DNA of 64,000 bases from Zygnema circumcarinatum SAG 698-1b. Its lineage: Eukaryota; Plantae; Zygnematophyceae. Positions 50,801 through 63,770 of this stretch are shown here, one piece after another. Under the pieces are notes generated by a model. The model worked only from the letters and a program-made list of their open reading frames with translations. It did no database searches and had not been told where the DNA came from. The DNA lies in NCBI GenBank assembly GCA_037447605.1, contig CM074809.1:2408689-2472688 (forward strand), written 5' to 3'. Made by a program: the position numbers and the translations under genes. Position 1 is the first letter of the stretch, and every line of letters begins with the position of its first letter.

Positions 50801-51842
50801 TCTTTCGTCCTGAACGTGCAAGTTCCCAAAGGCCAGAAGTAAAACGCAAACAAAAAAACAAAAAATGGCATAAAGTGTGAGATAAGGGAGAGAGGGAGAA
50901 AGGACGGACGTGAGAGCGAGAGAGAGCGAGGGTGGGGGGGGCGGGGGGGGGCGAAGAATGTAGTCGTGATTGTTGTGCCCTGTTCAAAGACATTCGAACT
51001 TAAGAAGATCGGACTGCGAACATTAGTTTCGCAATTATGTGAAATTCAACCACAGCAAAAGAAGTGTCGGCAGCTAAGGCAAACCGGCAGAATGCATACA
51101 TGACAACATCACATTCGATGAAATTCGCTCCCTGAAGAATGGCCTGCCGGTATCCCTCTAGTGTGTGCTCCGGGAACATTCCACATGACCCCCGATGTCC
51201 GATAATGATCGGCTCATGTCCTGCATATCGCATGCATTGCTGTGACCACATTGCGGTTTCCATCGTCTCTAGTTGCCCGAAAGACCTGACATGCTAGTCG
51301 ACTGTTATCTACGAATTGGATGAACACAGGTTTTGGCTTGCAGTAAAAATGAGAGAGATGAAAAATGTTGCCTAAACTTGGATTCATATAACATGCAAAA
51401 ATTACTTGCCGATGTCCCTTTTTAAATTGGTTAGAGAACGGTTTGAATTCCAAACTTCTAATGAATATTTTCTTTAAACGGCAGTTAAGGATCCTGAGCA
51501 AACAATATTCAAAGTATTTCAATCTTCATATTTTTTCAATATTTAATTCAGAGATTTTTTCCTGGTTACACCTCCTGAATGATGCACTAACATTCTAAAT
51601 TGTTGTGATACGCTAATGTACATTGCTACGCTAGACCAACAATCAACACTATATTACGTTGTTGAACTACAAACGGAAATTCTTTATTACCTCTTGGAAA
51701 CGTCAAAGAGCCCTGTAACCGCGGGGAGCGCTAGAACACTGGCAAGAAGGCTGGAGTTCAGAGGCGCACCTCGCCCCAGCGCGACCATGCACAAACAAAA
51801 CAACACCAGAAGCCGTCGCCTGCCAGCGCGCCCTCCCGCCAT
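47828..51842 (-). CDS. GDPD: Glycerophosphodiester phosphodiesterase (GDPD5/6-like) with a C-terminal TM helix
   Basis: Signal peptide, then [85 protein letters not shown] and IDGLFSDFP. The last exon is hydrophobic ([27 protein letters not shown]). Confidence 0.9.
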
Positions 51843-51923
51843 GTCGCGACGCAGACTGTCACGCTTCGTCACTGCTGCCTCGTCCGCCCGCCATGCTCCG
51901 CCCTCCCCTCCCCTCCCCTCCCC

Positions 51924-51933
51924 NNNNNNNNNN
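51924..51933. other. Assembly gap (10 N) in a CCCCT/CCCT tract
   Basis: Ns in the sequence. Confidence 1.
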
Positions 51934-52135
51934 GGCCGGTCTCTGTCCGCAGCCGCGCCTCCCTCCCTCCCTCCCTCCCTCCCTCCCTCCCTCCCTCCTC
52001 CCCAAGAAGGTGGGCGAGCCAGCTGACCCTTGTCGCCGCGCCACGATTGCAGGATGCAAGAAGCGCCTGCGCCCGCCCGCCCGCCCAATAGTCGCCACGC
52101 CAAGTACGCGGGCATTCCTGCATGAACGCGTCCAC

Positions 52136-54841
52136 TAGGGCAAGACCGACTTAACAAAATGTTACGGATATCGAGTTTTTAGTACAGTCGACTAAAGCCG
52201 AGGTTACTAAGTACTAAAATTCATGGCGTTCACGAACCTAAACCGAACCGAGCCAAAGTCAACTGTGCTAAGTCAACGAGTCAATGCTGCGAAGATTGAC
52301 CCGCGGGCTTTACTGAAAAGAGCACTTCTTCGCACGATTATTTTGTCCGTACCCAAAAGAGGCGCCGAAAAGGGCGCGCGAAGAGCAGAATGGCGAAAAT
52401 GGCGTCATCGTGACGTCAAGGCTGTTACCCGCCCTCCCGCGCGCCGGTCCCTCTCTTGTGATGGAGCCGCCCCCATCTCCTTTCCTTCCTCTCCTCCGCC
52501 GCCTCCTCGTGCTGCCGCCATGGCCGGAGGTCCTGCCTGTTGCCGCCTGCCTGCGCCCCTGGCCAGCCGATTGGGACGCGGGGAGGGAGAATTTCCCTCC
52601 TCTCCCTCACTCCCTTTCCCCCGGACTCCTTTTCTATCACCTTCTCCCTCCTCCCTCTTTCTCTCTCTCTTGACTCTGCCATCGGCGAGAGAACTTCTTG
52701 ACTTATGGAGCTTCATCATTGGAAAATTTACTTTTTAGAGAGTTGGCTTGGCTTGTTTTAGAGTTGGTGAGGCATCATTGCATGATAGCAGGCTATGATG
52801 TGCAACCGAAGTAGAAAGTATGGGCCACGATCCTCGGAAACTTTTGATCTAAATATATTTTACTCAATGAGTTTCAGAATATCGACAACGTGTGGTCTGG
52901 AGTTGGTTGTTTTTTGCCAACAGTTGATGGCTGATGACAAGGCTTGAGATTTTGCGTTCCATTGTGATGTAGAGGATATTGTAAGTGACATTACGGAATA
53001 CAGGAATATGGAATACGGACCATGGGGTGCAAAAGATTCATAAATGTGTGGTTGAAAAAATCAATATTGTTGACCTTACAAGTGTGTCCTCCCTAGTACG
53101 ATGAAAGGATAAAGGAAAGGCATATGCATCCATCCTCTCGTCTGTATGTGTGTTTAGTTTTTTGAGACCTGTTTCATATGGAATGAGTTCTATTGATGCC
53201 TTTGCTTTTGAAATGATGGTATAAAAGACAGGATATGGAGCATTATGTTGTGCCTTGTCGTATGTTGTCCACCATGTACTACTACGCATGATGTTCATAC
53301 ATTCACAATTTACAGCATGAGCGCAGACAACTAAGGGTGAACACTTTCTCATTTCTTCCGACAACAAGAGCTGTACAAGAGCTGTACACCTTCACTACCC
53401 AACCCTTACTCGCAACTTTTGACACTTCGAAAAACTATGTTACAACAATGATATTATCCGCAGCAATACCGTAGACCTTTCTTATGCGAATCTTGACCTT
53501 GACTTGAATGTCAACACATTCTCCATGTTCTTGCAAGGCAAGGTCTCCTACCAACTCGAAATAGGTTGATTGCCAAAGAAACTCCTTGACAGAAGATGAA
53601 AACAATAGATTAAGGTAAGGAAAGGCATCATATCAAATGAGGGAGGAGGGAGAGAGGGAAAGAGGGAAAGAGGGAAAGCGGGAGAGGGACAGGGAGGGGG
53701 AGGGTGGCTGCTAGGAAGGAGATGATAAAGAAAGAGGAAAAATGAGGGATTCGGGAAGGAGAAAGGAGAAACGAAGGAGGAAGGAGAATGAGAGAGGGGG
53801 GAGGCTGCCAAGATATACAAAAAAAAAGAGGGAGAAATCCTGGGTAGAGAGGGGGCAGGGGATGAATGCAGAAGGGAAAGGGAGAAGGAGAGAGAGCTAG
53901 GGCTCCCGGAAAATCCAGAAAAAGTGGAAGAGGGCCAGGTGATAGGGAGAGAGAGAAGAGAAGGGGAGGGAGAGAGGGAGAGAGGGAGAGAGGGAGGGAG
54001 GAGGGGCTTGCGTGAAGCTGCAATCCCCGACCTCCCCAACCAACCTCCCTTATGCATTGTCATTGCATTTAGACACAAATATTTTAAAAAACAAGAAAAT
54101 ACGCGTCTCAAAACATACAGATTTCTAGGTATGTGGACTACGTAGATCAGGTTGGAAGCAGCAGCAAACCCGAGTAATATTTCAAAGGCTGCCCCAAAAT
54201 ACGCGCGGAAAAATCCTAGAAAGACAGACTCCGCCCCGTCTAGCGTTTTACCGCTTGGCTGATCGCGGTCCTCTGCGAGGCGAGAGCTCGCGCAGGGCGG
54301 GGCGGCGAGGCGGCGAGGCGGCGCCGGGAGGGGGTGCGGGAGGCTGGGGGGAGGGGGCGGGAAGGAGGCCCAAATTTGCAACTCAAAACTTCTAAGATTC
54401 GGTCGGACAGGTTTGGGTTTCTTCAGAAAAGGGCATTCATAGTTATTTTAATTTTATATTTTACAAGCTACCCAATGGTTGCAATCCACGCCTTCAGTTT
54501 GGATATTTTATACACACGTGGCGAGCCATCGTTGGCGAATGTTGAAATTAAAAATAGACCGGACCACGGCCTCAATTCGAGTTGTCGCGGCGCGGGTCGT
54601 GACGTGACGCCCAAGACGACGCGGCGCCGGGCCGCTTTTTGCGAAGTGCGGGCGGCGGGTCCGAGGCGCGGGCGGGCGGAGGGGCGGGGCCGGCGAACGC
54701 GGAGGGGGGCGGACAGGACCGACCGCGCCGCGACTGCGGAATACTACGCGCGGGAGTTTTCGGTTTACTGACGGTGACTCGCAATGTTACGGATATCGAA
54801 AATTTAGTATTACGAAAATTTCTGTAGTCTGACACGCCCTA
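52136..54841. mobile_element. 2.7-kb non-autonomous hAT-like element, same family as 24820-25400 (opposite orientation)
   Basis: Starts TAGGGCAAGACCGACTTAACAAAATGTTACGGATATCGAG and ends ...AGTCTGACACGCCCTA. 52136-52420 is the reverse complement of ~25130-25400, and 54760-54841 of 24820-24900. No transposase ORF or TSD recognised. Confidence 0.72.
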
Positions 54842-54960
54842 CTCCGGGTGAAGGCCTCGCTCGCGCCATTGTGGGGGCCATGTCATGAATGACGTGACAA
54901 TCCATCAGGACCATCACGCATGGGGCGCATGCGCATGCGGCCAGGACTGGTGGGACTGCT

Positions 54961-55090
54961 GTGCGCGGCATGGCATGACATGTCAAGGCATGGGATGGGA
55001 TTGCATGGCATGAGAAGGAATTGCATTGTATAGCATGAGATGGGATTGAATGGCATGGGATGGGAATACATTGCCTGGCATGTCATGTCA
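54961..55090. repeat. Degenerate pentamer array (GCATG/GGATG/GGATT)n
   Basis: A 5-bp periodicity is visible: tggcatgacatgtcaaggcatgggatgggattgcatggcatg... Confidence 0.75.
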
Positions 55091-55193
55091 TGGCCGGCGC
55101 GTGGCGCTTCAGTGCTGAGGTCACCCCACCCCGCCGCGCGCCGCGCGGGGCGAGGGAGGGAGGAGAGGCGCGCCGCCCCCCGCGCTAGTGGGC

Positions 55194-55225
55194 GTACGGT
55201 ATTCGTACTGGACCGTACCGTACGG
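55194..55225. promoter_or_regulatory. CCGTAC/GTAC cluster (SBP-box-type sites); similar clusters at 1213-1241, 38383-38400 and 45015-45058
   Basis: gcgtacggtattcgtactggaccgtaccgtacgg. Each cluster lies just upstream of a gene. Confidence 0.4.
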
Positions 55226-55772
55226 CACGGCGGCAGAATCCGCAGAAGGCCGCGCCTCTCGCGTGCCTGCGCCTCGCCAGCCCGCCCACCCGCCCGCCGA
55301 CGCCCAATCCGCGCGCTCCTTCGCACGCGCGGCGCTACGACCAGACCAGCCCGCCCGCGGCGCGCCCCCTCCGGAGAAGGCGCCCGGCCGCCCGCCCGCC
55401 TGCTTTCGGCGCGGCGCGGCGCCCTGCTCTGCTCGGCTCGGCTCGGCTCTGTTCAGTTCTGTTCAGTTCTGCTCTGTTCTGTTCTGTCCTGGCGCTGGCG
55501 CTGGCGCTGGTTGGGCGTTCGGCAGCTCACCTCACGTCCGCTTCGCCCTCGCCCTCGCCTCGCCGCACCCGCCTCCTCTGCCCTCCCTCCGCCTTCCCTC
55601 CGCCTCCCCTCCCCCTCCGCCCTCCGCTCTGCCCTAGGCCCTGCCATGGCGGCCGCCCGGACGTGCCGATGGACGGGAGGCCCGCGCTAGGAAGGAGCCC
55701 GCCGCTGCCATGCTGGCGTAGAGCCTTGCAGCGGGCCCTAGCAGCGGGGCGCTAGACCGCAGCGGGAGAAGC

Positions 55773-58700
55773 ATGGGCTGCTTTGGATGCTTTGGCCCCG
55801 CAGAGGAAGACCCGATACCGCCACAGAAACGGGAGGCTCCCCTGGATGATCCTCCTCCTCCTCCTGTCCGGTCGCAGAAGGTCGCTCCTTCCGTTCTGAC
55901 AGGTAATACGCCGCTCCTAGCTTGCAGGCCAAGGAAGATACCTCGGCTATGTAGATGAATCCCATTTGTTGCTTGATGGCGAATGTGTATTTTTATTTTT
56001 GAGGGATCCTACGCTAATGTCGTTCTGTAGGTTGTCAGAGATCACGGACAGAAGAGTCTTTCCACTGACACACATGTGCAGGTGTATTCTGCGACTATCA
56101 TGTTTCGTTGTTCCACCTTTTCCAATGATCCTATAGTGTCTTGCCAGGCCTGTCCGATCAGGTTGTCCACCATGAAACGTGCTGAAATCGCATTGTTTCC
56201 GTTGTCCATTCTTGTACGCTGGCAGGGGTTGATTTGGCACATGCAACATTCACTTAGTTTTGAAGAGAATCGTTTGCCTGATCAGATATTCTTTTGATGT
56301 TCCGACTGAGATTCTGTGAACTTTCTGGATGGTTACGGTATTTTTGTTGTCAGTCATTCACACGTGATTTGGAAAAAGTCTGCCGTTTCCTTGCCATGTT
56401 TTACACTGAGACTCACTGCCTCAGCGGCTTTTTACATTTTTTTGTGTCTGACCATCTGAGCATCCCTTCGTCGGGGTGGTCGTCTCCATTGCAGTTCCGT
56501 CAACTACAGTTGAGTACACTGAGGGAGTTGCGACCAATGGCAATCTTGCAGCTGTTACTCCTTTGGCAGAGCCTTTGAAGGAGACGTCAGGAGAAGATCC
56601 CACAAAACCGTCCCTACCTCTCTCTTCCCCTCGCGAGTCTGCAGCAGGTTCTGTTTCAGAAGGAGACACGGAGAGGGATTTGCTAGCCTCACAAATTATT
56701 GATTTGCCTGCTGGTCTTCCAAATGCTCCAATAGCAGCACAAACGTTTACTTTCAGTGAGCTTGAGCGCGCCACAAAGAACTTCTCCCAGCATAACTTCA
56801 TTGGTGAAGGTGGATTCGGCAGAGTTTACAAGGGCAAACTGGAATCCACAGGACAGGTAGGCTGGCTGTCTCGCACATTCATGCAGGTATCTCTGTGAAG
56901 ATGCTGGTGAGGTTTCGCCGTGTCCAAGTCTTCATATATAGAAGGATGTTTTATCTAATATTTTATGAAGGCGTGTATATTATTTCGGCTCTGACTGAGT
57001 CTCTGCATTTTGTATAGTATGCGGACAAATAATGCTGCAGTTTTCAAAATCTTCTGCGCGAGTTGGTTTAGAACGGTGAAGGGTAAGGAAGGAAGGTGCA
57101 GGTGAAGGTAGTGGAGGTTAATCCCGAGGAAAAGCGCTTGACAGCAAGGTTGTTGGTTTTCCCTTGACGATGGTTCAGCATCACATTAGACATACGCTGA
57201 TTAAATGAACACGGCATTTGCCTGCCTGTCTGCAGATTGTTGCTGTGAAGCAGCTCGACCTAAATGGGCTGCAAGGAAATCGGGAGTTCCTTGTGGAGGT
57301 GCTTATGTTGAGTCTGCTTCACCATTCTAATCTTGTCAATCTCATTGGTTACTGTGCGGATGGTGACCAACGAGTGTTGGTGTACGAGTTTATGCATCAC
57401 GGCTGTTTGGAAGACCACCTTCACGGTCAGTTAAACCAGTTTGTGGAGTTAGTCCCTTCGTGGTCATTCCGGTTCTTTCAGAAGTACTTCAGTTGTTGTA
57501 ATCTATGTCTTAGCATTGGGCCCGAATAGTTGAAGAGCATCAACCAGAATTTTGAGGCATGTCGGATGGTGGTATAATTTCAGTCGCTAGACAAATGAAG
57601 CATGATTCATGGCCTTATTGAAAGTTTTGCATGCTGCATGCTGGGGAAAATCCATGCATCTTCTGCGACTGTCAAATTTCTAGGTGATCGTCGTTTGCAT
57701 TTGACGAACTGTATTTCACAATAATACACGATTTGCGCCAGTGTTTATTGTACGCATCGTATTGTTCTGAAATTATCTCCCTGCAGGCTTTCTTTTGCCC
57801 TCATTCTCTGACATCTTCAGTTTTCCTTTCAACCTTGCAGATTTGCCTGAAGATAAAGATCCATTGGATTGGAATACACGAATGAAGATTGCTGCTGGTG
57901 CTGCACGGGGGCTGGAATATCTTCATGATAAAGCAAATCCCCCTGTTATTTACCGTGACTTCAAGTCGTCAAACATTCTCCTGGATGAAAGCTGGCATCC
58001 CAAACTCTCAGATTTTGGGCTTGCAAAACTTGGACCTGTGGGTGATAAGACTCATGTGTCTACGCGTGTGATGGGGACATACGGCTACTGTGCCCCAGAA
58101 TATGCTATGACTGGACAGCTTACTCTGAAAAGCGACGTGTACAGCTTTGGTGTCGTGCTCTTGGAGCTCATTACTGGCCGAAAAGCCATTGATAACTCTC
58201 GAGGCCAGGGCGAGCATAACCTTGTTGCTTGGGTAGGGCCCCGATTGTTATCACTGCTGCCGTTAATTGTTCCCTTATCTACTTGCACCTAACAGGACGA
58301 TCTCGTAATCTGTTGTGGACTGGTGCACATCCGTAAGAGCTTGCTTAGCGGGAACTGGTTTTTTCCTGCAGGCACGCCCGTTATTCAAAGATCGCAGGAA
58401 GTTTCCATCAATGGCTGATCCCCTCCTCCGCGGTCGCTATCCTATGCGAGGACTATATCAGGCTTTGGCAGTGGCTGCGATGTGCCTGCAGGAGCAGGCT
58501 AGCGTTAGGCCCCTGATTGGTGATGTGGTGACTGCGCTCAGCTATCTTGCTGCGCAGAATTATGATCCGAACAGTCAGCCCAGCTCCCGGTAATGTTCTT
58601 GTCCTTCCAGCTATCTTGTAACCCCTTGCTTCTCCGGGCTGCGGGTACGCAGCCTCCAGTATCCGTTTTTCAGAGACTGACTATGTACTTGCTTGTATAG

Positions 58701-59507
58701 CACTTTGTAGTTTCTTCAGTTGGATGGTTGTCTTGTCCTATTTGTCTGCGACTTCATTGGCACTGTTGACTGTGACTCAGAAGCTGATTGGTTACTTCGG
58801 ATTGTTGAAACTGGGTGAGAGGCTTGGATATCCTTCATGGTTGTCCTTATTCTCTATGAAGGTGTTTTCCCGTAGTCTAACTCTACTTCCTTATGAACCG
58901 ATAGGACGATAAGGCAGGCCAGAACCAGCACAGTACTGACTTCTTTGAATGGTAGCCGGGTTAAGATGAAAAACATAAAGCGTGCTTGGCATGGTTGCTG
59001 TCATGGGCACGATGGATGACCGGGTCAGAGAGCCATTGATGTTGAGATTATTTTGTGAACCGAGCCAACGATCAGGCTACTGTCGCCATGTTCCTAGTGA
59101 TTCAATCGTACAAGAAGCTTGTGCTTAGCCGGTTGTGTAAAGAATGTGCTCGTGCAGCTGAATCGCTGAAATTGGATTCGTGACGTGTTTTTGGCAGATT
59201 TGCACCGGGAACTCCGCAACATGAGAGAGAGAGGCGAAGAAGTTCCCGGTCTCCTGGCATGGGGAGAATGCGAGGATCACCCTTGGGCACCTCCCCACGG
59301 AACTCTCCTGACATGCGACCAAGAGGTCCAAGGAACTCCCCTGACCTCCGACCAGGGAGGGGTAGAGATGGGGAAGAGAGGGCGGGTTCCATGAGCCCAA
59401 CTACTTCAAGAGGATACAGGGAGAGTCCTGTGAAGGCAAGGGCAGGGTCCAACCAGAGAGCAGCCGGTGGAGAACGTGGTTGGGGGGAGAATTGGAGGGA
59501 AAGATAA
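55773..59507 (+). CDS. PBL27: Receptor-like cytoplasmic kinase VII, PBS1/PBL27-like, multi-exon
   Basis: MGCFGCF acylation motif, [91 protein letters not shown] and a Ser-Pro-rich tail. Confidence 0.93.
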
Positions 59508-62104
59508 TCATCTGAAGACTTCAACTGGCAAGGGATTTGCAGCTTGAGGGTGCTAATCGTTTCAATTCGCACAATTACCAGTTGGAAGTGATTACTGGGA
59601 GATGGTGGCAGGAAGTGGCCTACATATTCGAATTTATTTTGTTGTTAATGATGTCTGTACTTGCGACGGCTGTACATGACTGGGAAATCTTTTTCGGGTT
59701 TATAGTTTGATGTGGATTTCGGATGAGAGGGAGATTGGTGGAAGAGTTGGCGGAGGGGGTCGCCGCGTTTTTGGCAGAAAACAACTGGAGCTGTCATTAT
59801 GAATGAAGGGGGGGGTATCTCTATATCATTCTGATTTGACAAGAGGTCATGGATAGGGAGGAGACATTCAAGAGTGGACCACTCAAGAGTGGTCCCTTTG
59901 TATAGAGACCCCGCTAGTGCACCTGTGGCTTCTAGTGGAAGGGGGTTGGAACTGCGCATCAAGCCACCCAACAGGTGGCCTATCTGTGTCCCTTCCGGGG
60001 GGCACTTTGATATGAAAAAGATATAGCAATCGTACTTGGAGCTTTTACATACCAGAAGCGTTTACTTGGCATCTTGTAGCTTGGCTGCAGGACCTGATTT
60101 ACGAGTAAAATACACAGAACTTTGGCAGGCTGTCTGCCTCTGTTGCAATAATGGCGAGGGCAAGTTTGTGGCGAGTTGAGGGCAGTGAAGGAAGGCGGCT
60201 TCAGCAGGGCCTGGTAATTAGGATGATTTTGCACTCTTTGCCTGGTGGAGAGATGCGCGGTAGCGCCTGTCCACCTCCACTTCTTGTTTTTTGTTTTTTA
60301 GTTCTTCAGCAGCGCATGTGCTGTCATGCCGGCACTCTTGGCCGGGGCAGGCCCAGCCCATCTTGGCGGGGCTGCTGCTCCCGGTGGACCTCCAAACTTT
60401 CAATGAAACCTGTGACTGTCCAACCCACAACAGTTGGCATGCATGTGCACCCGGACAGCGGGTGGTGGATCTCATTAGAATACTGTGTATTGTGATGCGA
60501 TGGACGAGCCCGGGGATGGGGCACTTCACCTTGTTTGCTTTGGTGTTCCAAAACATGTCTGGGGGGCGTCTGTGGGAGAAACCCGTCGTCTGTTGACAGA
60601 AAATGTGTTTAAGCAAGATGACATTTGTAGTGAAGAGAGAGGTACAGTGTGCGTTGGAGACACCACATGATTTGCAGCGCTAAGCAAGTTCGTTTTTCAG
60701 GCCTGAACAATCTGGCTTGCGTAAGTGTACAAAGGGGTTGAGAATCTCTAAAGAGCCTGAGCTATGCCGAACTTCCCACTCAAACTCGCAGTTCAAGCGG
60801 CTAGTGCAGACTTTCCTTGGCTTCAAATCAGGTGTGTGGTAATTGCTGATCGGCTGTGGAGATCCGCCTCTTTACTTTTTGCATAAGTACGTGCGAGGCC
60901 AAGCAAAAGATCTTGTTTCTTTAGGTTTACGAAGAAGGCTGGAATGCCGTATCTTGTAAGGCGCGTGTTACTACAGTGTCTCTTCGATTTTATTCAAACA
61001 GGAGCGACCTGCCCAAGATTCGACGATACGGATGCACTAAACGAGGTAAAAACTGGCATCAATGATAGAAGCATGCTGGAGTTCATTGAAGTTCCACTCA
61101 TTATTCCTCTGTTATTTTTGGCAGATTTGTTGTGCTTTCACGCTGTGCACGAAGACAATTCGCAGTGCTGTAAGTAACTAAGGTAAGGTGTACAGAAGGC
61201 GTGGGGGAAAGAACAGGAGGAGAAGAGCTGCAGGTAAGAAAAAAACGGTGCAAATTTTCACTTGTAAGGATCATTCGTGAGTAGTCATTTGTGCATCAAA
61301 CTTTCTGTCAACATCGATGAATGATTCCATCGTTTTCGCATTTGCTGCGACCTTCTCATCACGGTAGCCGTCACACAAGCGCACCACTTGTCAAATACCA
61401 TACAATGTTACCCGTAGACCGTCTTCGGCTTCCCAACCAATAGCGCGCTCCTTCCCACATTCCCCTCCTCTAGCTCTCCTTTCAAGGCCAAACCGAAGCA
61501 CGAGGCCGCGCAATGGCCTGCCATAGCTCTCCCGACGGCGACGCTTTTCATTCATTCCCTCTCCCACCACCAAGCGAACACGGCACGTGGCCATTGCCAC
61601 GTGGATCCCTCCACCTGCATAGAACGGCCCTGTCCCCCGTCGCGTAGCACGCAGTCCGCGCAAAGAACCGCGTTCGGCGGCCCACGTGGCCCCCCGGCCG
61701 GCCGGCTGGCAGCGGCCGCCGCCCCGCTTAGCCGGCCCGGACCGGATCGGATCGCGGATCCCAACGGCCCCGCCAGCGCCGCGCCGCGTGGCGGGGCCGT
61801 ACGATGCCAGACGGGCCGCTCGTGCCAACCGGCGGCCGTACAGGCCCACGGCCCTTCGGCCCTTTACCAGCGCGGCCTCTGGCCGTCAAAAATCTGCCGG
61901 CCGGCGCCGCTTTGTCTTTTTGGGTCGGGTCTGCGCTGGCGTTTCCGCCTTCCCATGCGGCCTGCCGCATGCCGTCGGCACGCGCCACTTTTCAGAGCAG
62001 TAGATGGCGCTTCGCCGTCGATCGCACGAGGGTCGTCTGAATCAACGGTGAAAACCGGCTCTCGGGCGACAACTGACAGTCGTCGGTCGGATCGATCGGC
62101 GAGC

Positions 62105-63770
62105 ATGCCATCCGCAGCGCCGACGGCTGCGATTGAAGCTTCCGTGACACGTGCGAAGGCGGCTCCTCCCGCCGCCGAAGCCGTGTTCCCGGCGGCCCAT
62201 GCAGGCAGGCCGGCGGGCGGAGGGGGAAAAGGAGAGCTCGACAGTGGCAGTCGAACCTCGGGCCTCCCTTCCTCGCGCGGAATGAAGGGTAAGGAAACCA
62301 TGGCGGCATCTCCAGGTCCTTCTTCCCGCCCCGCGCGGCATGTCAACTCTCAAATGTCATCAGTGCGGAGGGCGCTTAGGTTTGATGACATAGAGGCGGT
62401 AGCTTACCCTGGCAGCGGGGAAGGAGGGGTTCATGGAGGGGGAGGAGGAAAAGAGGTGATAGGAGATTGGGCAGGAAGGCAGAGAGTGGCGGGGGGCGGG
62501 ATTCGGAGCGCGGAGGTTTCAAGGAGCGTGATAGGAGGGCCCTGGCAGCGCGCAGGACAGGTGGGTTTTGTGATCTGCGCTGCGCGCATTACAGGAGGTT
62601 CCGGGATTCTGCTTTGAGCAGACGATTGTTTGTTTTTAGGACTTCAAGATTTATAAGGATATTCTTCTCAGAGTTTCCATTTGTATATACATATCATCCT
62701 CTGGCGTTTCTGTATGCATGTCATCAGTGGAGTAGAATTTTCTGGGACTGTGAACTCGGGCAAGCTCCGCGATTGGGGTGATCGGGTCAGGAATCTGAGA
62801 AATTAGCGCTGTAGTCGTCAGATACCTGCTTCTTTTGGTAGAGAGTACAGAGCACTTTTCAAGGATAGGTATATTTTACTTCGCCTGTTTCACCAGAAAA
62901 TACGTGGGGTTTCTTTCGCGTTTGGACGGGTTTGCTAGCTCAATAGTTATTACTGATCTCATGTTAACATTGTAAGGTAAGATGATATTTACAAAGATTT
63001 GGAACTGAGAAGGAGGAGATGCTGTCACTCGGAAAGTGTTCCAGTATTTCAGTAGTTTGTGATTCGTGTATATCGGGGAATATGCATCTGATCTCTATCG
63101 CCTACCGCTGCTGAAGCGGAATGTTTTGCGAACATTATCTGAGGTAAATATGGTACATGCTTTATGGTTCACAAGCTCGTGGTTCACTGTATGGTCGTTT
63201 TTCAGAAAAAAGGAAGCGAGAAGCGAGTCTGCAGATCGTGTGGTTACATTTGGGAACTCGTGAAGTCTGGAATTTTCGAAAGCTTTGTGCTAACTGCTTC
63301 ATCGTCCGCTCGACTGCTTGCAGGGAGCTGTGAACTCAAGCCTGTTCTTTCCCACTGCCCCACCTTTGGATTCCGCAAACCTCACCGCCTTGTATAAGGA
63401 GCGCTTGCCATTGGATTCGATTTTGGAAAACTCTTTTGGGCCGCGGGATATAGAAGGAGGAAGCCTCTTCACGGCATCTGACGCTTTGCCCCCCCCCAGA
63501 TTGCATGGTTTGGACCCGTTCATTGGCAACTTGGCGAGCGAAGATGACGATATCACAAATTTTGGTTTCCCGCAGTCACAGACTCTACAAACCATGGGAG
63601 GAAGAATGTCAGCATTAACTGATTATGTCGGTGGACGATTCTCTATGGGCCTGAATGAGATTGGCGGAGGAAATGAAGGGGGTAGAACACTCGTGGGAGG
63701 GTTATCATCTGCACTTCGAGGCTCTAAGGGGTCGATGCTGGCGATGGGTCCGATACAACCTCCAAGGTGG
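62105..63770 (+). CDS. 5' part of an unidentified spliced gene (low-complexity N-terminus), runs off the window
   Basis: GC-rich ATG region (MPSAAPTAA...RRALRFDDIE) and an AG-bounded exon at ~63323-63766 (GAVNSSLFFP...DPFIGNLASEDDD...PIQPPR|GT). No family confidently recognised. Confidence 0.4.

Noticed and set aside
53038-54381. Transposase ORFs inside the 2.7-kb element
   Set aside because: No hAT dimerisation, BED or DDE motifs were recognised. The 277-aa ORF is a translated GA tract.
63318-63770. MEI2-like (AML) N-terminus, from IGNLASEDDD resembling IGNLLPDDDD
   Set aside because: The similarity is too short, and no RRM is present within the window to confirm it.
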